Positions 9,270-17,876 of a stretch of 58,517 nt of DNA are shown piece by piece. The stretch spans positions 1-58,517 of the forward strand of contig JAZGDE010000048.1 in the NCBI GenBank assembly GCA_036477295.1, in the 5' to 3' direction. The stretch is from Bacteroidota bacterium. Its GTDB lineage: Bacteria > Bacteroidota > Ignavibacteria > UBA10030 > JAZGDE01. The notes below the pieces were generated by a model. It was not told where the DNA came from, searched no databases, and saw only the letters and a program-made list of their open reading frames with translations. The position numbers were made by a program, and so were the translations under genes. Within the stretch, counting starts at the first letter, position 1. Every line of letters begins with the position of its first letter.

Positions 9270-10376
9270 CTAGAAATAGTGTATTGGATTTGTTCCTTTC
9301 TTCGTTGTGAGCACGCTGAGTCGCTGTCTTCGGTCTCGGATGGCTCTAGTCAGTTTGTCGGCCACAGCAGCAAGAACAACTTGTTCGGTTTCGTAGTGGC
9401 CTGCATCGACGAGCGCGATGTTTCCCTCCGCTTCCTGGAATGTATGATACTTAACATCTCCCGTAATGAAAACGTCCGCGTCGTGCTCGAGGGCAGCGCC
9501 GAGCAGTTCCGACCCGCTCCCTCCGCACACTGCCACGCGGTGGACGCGTCGTTCCAGATTACCCGTGTATCGGATACCGTTCGCCGAGAGGCTCCTTCGG
9601 ACATGCACGAGGAACTGTCTCAGTCGCATCGGCCGAGGCAAATCTCCAACTGCGCCAGCGCCGTAGCTCGAGTTCTCGTTCTCGAGCGGATACACGTCGT
9701 AGGCGACCTCTTCATACGGGTGACTTTCTTTCATCGCGCGCAGGGTTTGTTGAAGGGCCCACCGAGGGACGATCATTTCGAGCCGCACCTCTTTAGCTGT
9801 TTCGTACGTGCCGAGCTTCCCATAGAAGGGTTTCGCACCTTCCATCCCACGAAACGTGCCGGTACCAGCCGTCCGGAATGAGCAACACTCATAATTACCG
9901 ATGATGCCAGCCCCTGCTCCTGCCATCTTCTGCGCAACCGGATCCACGTGTTCCGGGGGCACAAACACAGCGACCTTCTTCAGAGACCCTGAAATTCCGG
10001 AGAGAAACTTGACCTCTCGAACTCCCAACGCGCTGGCAAGCGCACAGCTCACGCCATTCCGCGTGAAGTCGAGGTTTGTATGCGCCGAGTACAGTGCAAT
10101 TTCATTTCGAACCAGTGCGGACACCAAAGAGCCTGCCCGGTCCGAATTCGTAACAGACCGCAGCGATCGAAAGATCAACGGATGATGGGTGATGACGAGA
10201 TCGACCTTCTTTTGAACTGCCTCCCGCAAAACGGAATCGGAAATATCGAGGGCCAGAAGGATACGTCTCACCCGTTTCGAAGACGACCCGACTTGAAGAC
10301 CGACGTTGTCCTGCTCCCACGCAACCTCTTTTGGGGCCCAGGCTTCGAGGATCTCTTCGATGTCGCGAACTGTCAT
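9270..10376 (-). CDS. Nif3-like dinuclear metal centre protein (with inserted PII-like domain)
   Basis: VITHHPLIF, SAHTNLD and AGHYETE are NIF3 motifs. The 368-aa length is typical of the long form. Confidence 0.85.
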   Translation of the reverse strand: MTVRDIEEILEAWAPKEVAWEQDNVGLQVGSSSKRVRRILLALDISDSVLREAVQKKVDLVITHHPLIFRSLRSVTNSDRAGSLVSALVRNEIALYSAHTNLDFTRNGVSCALASALGVREVKFLSGISGSLKKVAVFVPPEHVDPVAQKMAGAGAGIIGNYECCSFRTAGTGTFRGMEGAKPFYGKLGTYETAKEVRLEMIVPRWALQQTLRAMKESHPYEEVAYDVYPLENENSSYGAGAVGDLPRPMRLRQFLVHVRRSLSANGIRYTGNLERRVHRVAVCGGSGSELLGAALEHDADVFITGDVKYHTFQEAEGNIALVDAGHYETEQVVLAAVADKLTRAIRDRRQRLSVLTTKKGTNPIHYF

Positions 10377-10395
10377 TCAGGGGGTCGAATTCTTA

Positions 10396-10430
10396 TAAAA
10401 AAAGTGTCCCGTTTTTGGACGGGACACTTT
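10396..10430 (-). terminator. rho-independent terminator (minus strand)
   Basis: The minus strand reads aaagugucccgu-ccaaaa-acgggacacuuu followed by a run of U. The stem is a perfect 10-12 bp. The U-run ends ~20 nt before the nif3 ATG. Confidence 0.75.
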
Positions 10431-11011
10431 GAGCTTTCTTGGTTGCGTTGAGCGTTCTAAACGCGGTTTCTTTACGCTCTCGTGACAACCTATGAAAACT
10501 CTCACCATGACAAGACCAGAACTGCTCTGAACGATCGGACAAACGGGGACATGCTGGTCGCTAATTTCAATCGGTTCCAATATACCGTTTTCGAACTTCA
10601 AAAGCAAGCGCAGGCAGGCCGACGGTCCATTGTCGTTTGACCGAAACGGAAGAATATGTGCGCACCATAGAATGCAGAGAAAGTCAGCCAGCTGGCTTGA
10701 CGCAAGGAGCGTCGGCGATTGTATTATGGTGAAGCCATCTGACGAAGGTCCTCAACCGTGGCGTCCGATTGATTCGCATGACACTTCGACCGGCGCCGAT
10801 GAGGCCGATGCACCGAGTGGAACGAGGTGAACGGAGCCAGGCGAGTGGGCTCCCGACTTTGTCGAGGCTCGTCTATTCCGCGAAGCGGAATAGACGGCTG
10901 TCGAGCAGGCGAGGATTTCATTTCAACCATGTGCCATAAGTTATGGAAAAAGTGTCTATGCATTTCTTCATCCACCTCAATCTTTTTGCAGTTGCCGCGG
11001 TACTACGTCTC

Positions 11012-11027
11012 AGCACCGTTGGTGCCA
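11012..11027 (-). promoter_or_regulatory. candidate sigma54 -24/-12 promoter (or NtrC-type palindromic activator site)
   Basis: The minus strand reads TGGCACcaacgGTGCT. TGGCAC is perfect, with GG-N10-GC spacing. On the plus strand the same bases form the dyad GCACC-gtt-GGTGC. Confidence 0.35.
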
Positions 11028-11709
11028 GACAGGACGCAATGAAGTACTGGATTGGCTCTACTCGTGAAGCGTTACAGCTTAGAGATTCAAGGTCCTCAAC
11101 CTGCTTGGCGGTATGTTGGAATGGAGGGAACTGCAGGGGGAACTGAACCGTGACTGATTCGTCATTCCGATCGAAATCGATACCGCTTTATTACGACCGG
11201 TTTTCACTCTGCGCGTTGAACAAACCCCGCATCATGGTTCGCTGCGACCAGGGGGAACAGAACAAGATCTTGACTTAGTCGAATTGCCTATGCCTTGTCC
11301 TTCAATAGGCTCGACTCAAAGGGAAGGACCGATTAAGAAGGACGACGCGAAAGTACTTCACGATAAGGGGCTGCACTTTCTTAGATTAAGTGGTTTCGAA
11401 CGATTGGGTGGTCATGGAGGTTTGCTTGGTTTTAACGAATTTCACTGCAGGCTCAGGTCCTATTGTGAAGTACCTCTTCATCGCACCGAGCGGAGCACCG
11501 CGTGAAGAGGTCACGCGGCGTACCAACTTCTTCGCGTTCAAGTGTTATTCTTCTGAAGCCGAGCTCGAAAAATCGGCAACCCCCAAGCGTTCCGGTCGAA
11601 ACAGAAAAACCGAGGTTGGAGTCGAAGAATCTCGAATTGCAGCAGGCGGGTCAAGAAGCGGGTTGAATTGAGGAAGGTCGTCGAATTGGTCGAGGTCCCT
11701 GCGGACTTG

Positions 11710-12405
11710 TCAGGGTTGTTTTGCGGTTTCGGGTGTTTCCCGATCCGGGAGAACCCGGTGGGTCCGCTCGAACTGAATCTCGCGAAGTTTTGTAATTTCT
11801 TTCTCGATCTCCTTGATGTGCTTGTCGATACTCGCTAAGAGCTTCCTGTCTTCTCTCGATAGCACCTGCCGAGCCAGAATGTCCGCGCTGATCTTGATCG
11901 CTGCGAGCGGATTGTTGAATTCGTGGCAGACTGTTACTACTAGTTCCCGAATTGCTTCACTGCGTTTCTGCGTGATCAGTTTACCCTTTTCGATGTCGGC
12001 GATTTTCTTCTTGAGTTGGCTACGCTCCAGGACTGCGATAATCGTGCGCGGTAGCATCGATTCGACGATTTCATCTTTCGCGAGGTAGTCCTCCGCACCG
12101 GATTTGATCGCTTCCACCGCTACTTTATAATCTTTCTTCGAAGTAAGAAAAATGATAGGAACGTTGATCTTTTTTTCGTGGATCTGACGAATCACTTCCA
12201 GACCGGTCATCGTCGGAAGAACGTGATCCATCAGCACCACGTTGATGTTCGGGTTCTTTTGCAACTCCTGGAGGCCTTTCGGCCCATCTTCCTTCCAGGT
12301 GACGTTGAACTTCTTGGCCTGAAATTTCTTGAGGTGATATTGCGCTGATTTGACGTAGGAGAGGTCGTCGTCGATAATCAGAATGTTGATCGGTTCTGGT
12401 TCCAT
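11710..12405 (-). CDS. response-regulator receiver fused to HisKA/DHp domain, no HATPase domain
   Basis: REC (ILIIDDD, VLMDHVLP, FLTSKKD, LAKD) followed by H-box CHEFNNPLAAI and a second helix. The ORF stops ~27 aa later. Confidence 0.8.
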   Translation of the reverse strand: MEPEPINILIIDDDLSYVKSAQYHLKKFQAKKFNVTWKEDGPKGLQELQKNPNINVVLMDHVLPTMTGLEVIRQIHEKKINVPIIFLTSKKDYKVAVEAIKSGAEDYLAKDEIVESMLPRTIIAVLERSQLKKKIADIEKGKLITQKRSEAIRELVVTVCHEFNNPLAAIKISADILARQVLSREDRKLLASIDKHIKEIEKEITKLREIQFERTHRVLPDRETPETAKQP

Positions 12406-12456
12406 CCGGGTGCAGGATTACAAGAAAACGGGTCTCAGTGGGGAGAAAGGTGCACC

Positions 12457-12485
12457 ATTATACCACTTGTCCGGAAAAATAGCAA
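12457..12485 (-). promoter_or_regulatory. candidate sigma70-type promoter for the REC-HisKA gene
   Basis: The minus strand reads TTGCTA-N17-(TGg)TATAAT, ~50 nt upstream of the ATG at 12405. Confidence 0.4.
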
Positions 12486-12554
12486 ATCAAAAATTCGCTC
12501 GCGGGGTCATGCCCTGTCGCTCGTGAAGCCGCGGGCTTTCGTTGCAAATTAGAG

Positions 12555-12583
12555 TTGATTTTGTTAAGTTTCGTGCATATAAT
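12555..12583 (+). promoter_or_regulatory. candidate sigma70-type promoter for the CheY-like/NtrC-like operon
   Basis: TTGATT-N17-TATAAT. A GGAAGGAG Shine-Dalgarno precedes the ATG at 12661. Confidence 0.4.
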
Positions 12584-12660
12584 AGGTCGATCCAGGGTGC
12601 GGTGCATCCGGTGTCCGGGTCTCCAATTTCACATATTCGTCAACTTGGAAGGAGCCATTC

Positions 12661-13029
12661 ATGGCTGATAAAAAGAAGATCCTCGTCGTGGACGACGAAG
12701 ATGCACTGCGGACGGTATTGAGCAGCGAGCTCGTCGGGGAAGGCTACGAGGTTGAGACGGCAGCGGACGGGGACGAAGCGATGAATGTTGTCCAGATGAA
12801 GCCGTTTGACTTGGTTCTCCTCGATATCAAGATGCCGAAGGTCGACGGATTCGAAGTGCTGAAGTTCCTCAAATCCAAATACCCGGACATCAAAGTGGTC
12901 ATGCTGACGGGATTTGCTGACTTAAAGAACGCCATCGAATCAAAAAAATTAGGAGCCGAGGATTTCGTGAGTAAGCCGTACGATCTTGTTGACTTGTTGA
13001 CAACGGTCGAGCGCGTGGTCAGTGAGTGA
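12661..13029 (+). CDS. single-domain (CheY-like) response regulator
   Basis: 122 aa, REC only (ILVVDDE, LVLLDIKMP, MLTGF, SKP). Confidence 0.85.
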   Translation: MADKKKILVVDDEDALRTVLSSELVGEGYEVETAADGDEAMNVVQMKPFDLVLLDIKMPKVDGFEVLKFLKSKYPDIKVVMLTGFADLKNAIESKKLGAEDFVSKPYDLVDLLTTVERVVSE

Positions 13030-14432
13030 CGGGGCAAACATTCTCGATGGTTCAGCGTTACCGTATATTGATTGCCGATGACGAAGTTTCATTTACGGAA
13101 CTGCTTCGCGAGGAACTGGAAGACTCAAAACTGTATGACATTGAGATTGCGGGAGATGGTGTCGAAGCAATCAATTACATCCACAAAACGATCTACGATG
13201 TTGTCCTCCTCGATGTACGCATGCCGCGAGTCAGCGGCATTGAAGTCCTGAAATTCCTTCAAGAGCATTCCCCCTCCACGCAAGTCATCATCCTCACCAA
13301 CTACAGCGACATCAAAACTGCAATCGAGACAATTAAGCTCGGTGCGTATGACTTCATCAGCAAGCCCTACGACGTCGACCAATTACAGAATTCGATTGAG
13401 CGAGCCCTCGAACGCCGACAGCTGTTCATCGATAACTCCCTCATGAAGGATGAGCTGGCGCGCAAGCGTGGCACCCATGAGCTCATCGGAGAAAGTCCGA
13501 CTTTCAAGAATACGCTCGAAAGTGCACTGAAGATAGCTGAGACCGAGACGGCGGTGCTCCTCCAGGGAGCAAGTGGAACGGGGAAGGAACTCATCGCCCA
13601 TCTCATCCATGAGCGCAGCACACGGAGGGAACAGCCGTTTGTTGTGGTCAACTGCGCTTCGATCCCTGATACACTTCTCGAAAGCGAATTATTCGGGCAT
13701 GAAAAGGGATCGTTTACGGGGGCGTACGGGACGAAACAAGGACTGGTGGAAGTCGCCCACCGCGGAACACTGTTCCTGGACGAGGTAGGGGATATCAGTC
13801 AGACGATTCAGCCGAAGTTTCTCCGTTTCATCGAAACGTCAGGATTTCGTCGAGTCGGCGGTACAAATCCATTGGAGGTGGACATCCGAATTATCTCCGC
13901 GACCAACAAGGACTTGCTCGAAGAGGTAAAAGCGGGTCGATTTCGCGAGGACTTATTGTACCGGTTGAATGTAGTGATGATTCAGTTGCCTATGTTAAGG
14001 GAACGGAAGTCGGATATTCCGATCCTCGTCGAACACTTTCTCTCCACCAAGATAAAGGGTAAAGTGAAAAAGAGCATCTCTCCGGAAGCGCTCCGCGTTC
14101 TCTTGGACTATGAGTGGCCGGGGAATGTGCGAGAGCTCGAGCACGTGGTAGAAGGAGCGGTTATCCTTTCGGCCGGCGACGTGATCGAACTGAAAGATGT
14201 TCTCCGGAACTCCAGCTTGGCAGCACGGGTTGCTGACCAACCTGCCTACCGACTCGGACAAGGAAACGACGCTGCTGGCGGGCTCAGGCTGGATGAGATG
14301 GAGAAAATTCACATCGAACATGTCCTGCGGAAAAACAAAGGCAGCCGGCGAAAAACGGCTGAAATCCTTGGAATTAGCCCGAAAACTCTCTACCTGAAGC
14401 TCAAGAGATATGAAATCAAAGTTCCCGAATGA
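13026..14432 (+). CDS. sigma54-dependent response regulator (NtrC family: REC-AAA+-Fis HTH)
   Basis: Walker A GASGTGKE, GAFTGA-type loop EKGSFTGA, ELFGHE and C-terminal HTH KTAEILGISPKTLYLKLKRY. GTGA overlap with the upstream gene. An alternative ATG lies at 13047. Confidence 0.9.
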   Translation: MTGQTFSMVQRYRILIADDEVSFTELLREELEDSKLYDIEIAGDGVEAINYIHKTIYDVVLLDVRMPRVSGIEVLKFLQEHSPSTQVIILTNYSDIKTAIETIKLGAYDFISKPYDVDQLQNSIERALERRQLFIDNSLMKDELARKRGTHELIGESPTFKNTLESALKIAETETAVLLQGASGTGKELIAHLIHERSTRREQPFVVVNCASIPDTLLESELFGHEKGSFTGAYGTKQGLVEVAHRGTLFLDEVGDISQTIQPKFLRFIETSGFRRVGGTNPLEVDIRIISATNKDLLEEVKAGRFREDLLYRLNVVMIQLPMLRERKSDIPILVEHFLSTKIKGKVKKSISPEALRVLLDYEWPGNVRELEHVVEGAVILSAGDVIELKDVLRNSSLAARVADQPAYRLGQGNDAAGGLRLDEMEKIHIEHVLRKNKGSRRKTAEILGISPKTLYLKLKRYEIKVPE

Positions 14433-14736
14433 TCACTCCTGCAGTCTGTTGGTGAAACTCGATCATTCTCGACAGTGAAGCTTTCCATGCGAAGTTCGGT
14501 ATGATGGAGTGTAACAAGCAATCAGTATTCCCTCCTTCTTGGTGGCCGATGCATGAGATGGAATGAATCAATGTATCGGCCTTTTATTTTCCTGTCCAAA
14601 TTTCTTTCCCTTACCTTGACTTTCAGCTGGAAATTGTATAGTTTTTTTGGTGTTTTGTAATCAAAGTCTGTGCGCCCTGCTGTCGTCGACCGCCAGGGCG
14701 TTTCTTCTATGGAGATAAGTTTTTCTGGAGCTGGCT

Positions 14737-15906
14737 GTGCCAAAATTTTCAGGTGTCGATTATTACAACGTCGAAAGTTTTCTCTCCGAGGAAGAAGTTC
14801 TCGTCCGCGATACTGTCCGCGAATTCGTCAGCGCAAAAGTGATTCCGATTATCGAAAGCTACAACCGAGAGGGGAAATTCCCGATGGAGCTGGTACCGAA
14901 GATGGCCGAACTCGGAATCCTCGGGGCGAACCTCCCCTCGAAATACGGTTGTGCGGAAATGAACAGCGTCTCCTACGGCCTTGTCATGCAGGAGCTCGAA
15001 CGTGGCGATAGCAGCATCCGAAGTTTTGCATCTGTACAAAGTGCACTGGTGATGTATGCAATCTTCATGTTGGGCTCGGAGGAGCAGAAGGACTACTGGC
15101 TTCCGAAATTCGCCAAAGGAGAGAAAATTGGTTGCTTTGGGCTAACGGAACCCGATTATGGCTCCAATCCAGGAGGACTGAAAACACGTGCGGATAAGAA
15201 AGGTCACTGCTTTGTGCTGAACGGCACGAAGATGTGGATCACGAATGGGTCGATCGCGGACGTCGCTGTTGTGTGGGCGAAGCTCGACGGCGAGATCCAT
15301 GGGTTTCTGCTAGAGAAAGGGACGAAGGGATTCGAGGCGCCGGAGATGACCGGAAAGCATTCCTTGCGAGCGTCGGTGACTTCGGAACTGATATTCCAGG
15401 ACTGCTGTGTGCCAGAGGAGAACCTCCTGCCTTTGAGTCGGGGGTTGAAATCACCCCTGATGTGTCTTAACCAAGCGCGATACAGCATCGCATGGGGTGC
15501 TGTGGGATCTGCCATGGCATGCTACGATGCGGCGTTGAACTATGCGAAAACGCGCATTCAATTTGATAAGCCCATCGCGTCCTTCCAACTTGTCCAAAAC
15601 AAGCTCGTAAGCATGCTCACTGAAATCACGAAGGGCCAACTCCTATGCCTGCAGTTGGGTCGACTGAAGGACCGGGGAAAATCGAGCCATACCCAGGTCT
15701 GTCTGGCCAAGCGGAATAACGTCTACCACGCCCTCTCGATCGCACGGGCAGCGCGCGACATTCTGGGCGCCAACGGAATCCTGGACGAATACCCCGTCAT
15801 GCGTCATATGGCAAACTTGGAGTCCGTCTATACGTATGAGGGGACGCACGATATTCAGACGTTGATCGTTGGCGAGGACATCACGGGAATTCCAGCCTAT
15901 GTCTGA
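14737..15906 (+). CDS. gcdH: glutaryl-CoA dehydrogenase
   Basis: Collinear with eukaryotic/bacterial GCDH: GCFGLTEP, LNGTKMWITN, FLLEKG, CLNQARYSIAWG, QLGRLKD and YEGTHDIQTLIVG. GTG start. Confidence 0.85.
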   Translation: MPKFSGVDYYNVESFLSEEEVLVRDTVREFVSAKVIPIIESYNREGKFPMELVPKMAELGILGANLPSKYGCAEMNSVSYGLVMQELERGDSSIRSFASVQSALVMYAIFMLGSEEQKDYWLPKFAKGEKIGCFGLTEPDYGSNPGGLKTRADKKGHCFVLNGTKMWITNGSIADVAVVWAKLDGEIHGFLLEKGTKGFEAPEMTGKHSLRASVTSELIFQDCCVPEENLLPLSRGLKSPLMCLNQARYSIAWGAVGSAMACYDAALNYAKTRIQFDKPIASFQLVQNKLVSMLTEITKGQLLCLQLGRLKDRGKSSHTQVCLAKRNNVYHALSIARAARDILGANGILDEYPVMRHMANLESVYTYEGTHDIQTLIVGEDITGIPAYV

Positions 15907-15936
15907 TCGATGTAACGAGGCAACAAGGAACTGCTT

Positions 15937-16703
15937 ATGCGCGTAAGAAAAATCGGCGGGGAGGCTGTCACATTTGTGGAGCGCGTCGCGGCGGGCGTTG
16001 ACGTTGTCATCTCGATACTGCCCACGGGCATCCGCGCGGTGTCATGGATACTGTCAAGAGGCTAAACCGATGCTATCCAGACGAGGAGCTTGTGGCTGGG
16101 AACGTCGGGAGGGGTGAAGCGACGCGCGATCTCATCAAGCTCGACGTCGATGGCGTGAAGGTCGGCATCGGACCGGGGTCGATCTGCACAACGCGCGTGA
16201 TCGCCGGCGTGGGTATTCCGCAGCTGACTGCAATCGCCGAATGTGCAGCGGTGGCCTCCAAACAGAAGGTTCCCATCATTGCTGACGGCGGTGTCAAGCA
16301 AACGGGCGACATCGCGAAGGCGGTCGCAGCGGGTGCTGATACGGTAATGATCGGCGGTCTCTTTGCGGGGGTGGAGGAGAGTCCGGGGGAGAAAGTCTTG
16401 CTCGATGGAAGCAGCTATAAACTGTACCGGGGGATGGGTTCTCGCGGAGCCATGGAGGAAGGAAGCAGCGACCGCTATTTTCAGGACGTCGAAGATGGCC
16501 TTCCAAAGCTGGTACCGGAAGGGATCGAAAGTCGAGTGCCGTATAAAGGTCTGCTCGGCGATATAGTCTTTCAAATGATCGGAGGGCTCCGTGCCGCGAT
16601 GGGGTACTGCGGATGCCGGAACATCCCGGAAATGAAAACGCAGGCGAAATTTGTGCGCATGACTGAAGCCGACCTTAAAGAATCGCTGAACTATAACCTC
16701 TGA
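15937..16703 (+). pseudogene. guaB: IMP dehydrogenase remnant (N-terminal ~220 aa missing, frameshifted, C-terminus shortened)
   Basis: Retains the catalytic loop GIGPGSICTTR, IADGG, YRGMGS and GSSDRYFQ. The frame breaks at 16011-16014 between VDVVI and DTAHGH. The barrel N-half and the CBS pair are absent. Confidence 0.8.
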
Positions 16704-16751
16704 TTCGCTAGCATCGCTTCTGTTTCCGATCCCACATTATCGTGACAATCA

Positions 16752-17822
16752 ATGATTCGAAAGCGAATTGCCAACGTACGGAAAAAGCTCGATGATCTGG
16801 AACTTGACGCATTTCTTGTATCTCTCCCTTCAAACATTCGGTACCTTTCGGGTTTCACCGGCTCGAACGCCCTCCTGATCATCTCGCAACGCCGCCAACT
16901 TCTTCTGACTGATTCTCGGTACAGGCAACAGTCCAAACAGGAGGTACGTGGTTACCGGGTTGTGGTCAGCGACGATGGTCTCTTCGAGACCATCGCTCGA
17001 GAGTCGTTGTTGGCGCGATTTCGACGCGTTGGTTTTGAGGGAAACCACCTGTCCTACACGGCATACCAAAATCTCAAGAAACTCTTCCCCGGAATCAGAT
17101 TCCTTCCGAAGGTCAGTTTGGTAGAATCGGTTGCAGCGGTCAAGGATGCCTCTGAGATCGAATCGATCAGAAAAGCTGTCCGCATCACTGACAAAGTGTT
17201 TCGTGATATTCTCGGGATGATAAGACCGGGCGTACGTGAATTAGAAATTGCTGCCGAGATTTCCTATCGCCAGCGCATGGAAGGGGCCGAGCGCGATGCG
17301 TTTGACGTAATCGTGACCAGCGGATGGAGAAGCGCCCTCCCGCATGGACGAGCGTCCGCCAAGAGAATACGAGCGGGGGAACTGGTGACTCTGGATTTCG
17401 GTTGTTCGGTGGATGGGTATCATAGCGACCTCACCCGGACGGTTGCGGTCGGTTCGACTGGCCGGCGTGCCCGGGAGATCTATCGAATTGTCCTCGATGC
17501 CCAGGAGCGTGCGATCGAAGCGGTGCGGAGCGGACTATCCGCTCGCGAGCTCGATGAGGTTGCGCGTCGATACATTCGGTCGCGAGGGTATGAGAGGTAT
17601 TTCGGCCACTCCTTGGGTCATGGTCTCGGTCTTCAGGTCCATGAGTTGCCGAAAGTGTCCTCCCGCAGCAAAGATACACTCCAAGCGGGAAATGTCATCT
17701 CGATTGAGCCGGGGATCTACCTTCCGAACTTCGGAGGAGTGAGAATTGAGGACGACGTCCTTGTCGCGAACGCACACGGCCTTGTTCTCAACACCGCTCC
17801 CAAAGAATTCGTCGTCCTCTGA
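16752..17822 (+). CDS. pepP: Xaa-Pro aminopeptidase (M24B family)
   Basis: Creatinase-like N-domain plus metal ligands DFG...DGYHSD, HSLGHGLGLQVHE, EPG and RIEDDV. Confidence 0.85.
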   Translation: MIRKRIANVRKKLDDLELDAFLVSLPSNIRYLSGFTGSNALLIISQRRQLLLTDSRYRQQSKQEVRGYRVVVSDDGLFETIARESLLARFRRVGFEGNHLSYTAYQNLKKLFPGIRFLPKVSLVESVAAVKDASEIESIRKAVRITDKVFRDILGMIRPGVRELEIAAEISYRQRMEGAERDAFDVIVTSGWRSALPHGRASAKRIRAGELVTLDFGCSVDGYHSDLTRTVAVGSTGRRAREIYRIVLDAQERAIEAVRSGLSARELDEVARRYIRSRGYERYFGHSLGHGLGLQVHELPKVSSRSKDTLQAGNVISIEPGIYLPNFGGVRIEDDVLVANAHGLVLNTAPKEFVVL

Positions 17823-17876
17823 ATCTACAGTAGGAAGCAGAAACGGATAGAAACGCGGCCGCTGTCATCAGGACCG

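Noticed and set aside
10377-10607. 76-aa minus-strand ORF just upstream of nif3
   Set aside because: Its C-terminal codons are the terminator hairpin and U-run themselves, so it is unlikely to be a real gene.
10440-11709. tmRNA, SRP RNA, tRNA, or a decayed HATPase domain in the large gap
   Set aside because: I found no GGUUCGA-type T-arm with a CCA-proximal acceptor, and no AGGUCCGGAAGGAAGCAGCC-like SRP motif. Three-frame translation downstream of the REC-HisKA stop showed no N/G1/F/G2 boxes. Erosion beyond recognition cannot be excluded.
12439-12454. Sigma54-like TGGGGAGAAAGGTGCA on the plus strand upstream of the CheY-like gene
   Set aside because: The -24 element is poor (TGGGGA). The bases overlap the extended -10 of the better sigma70-type minus-strand promoter, and a clean TTGATT-N17-TATAAT lies closer to the gene.
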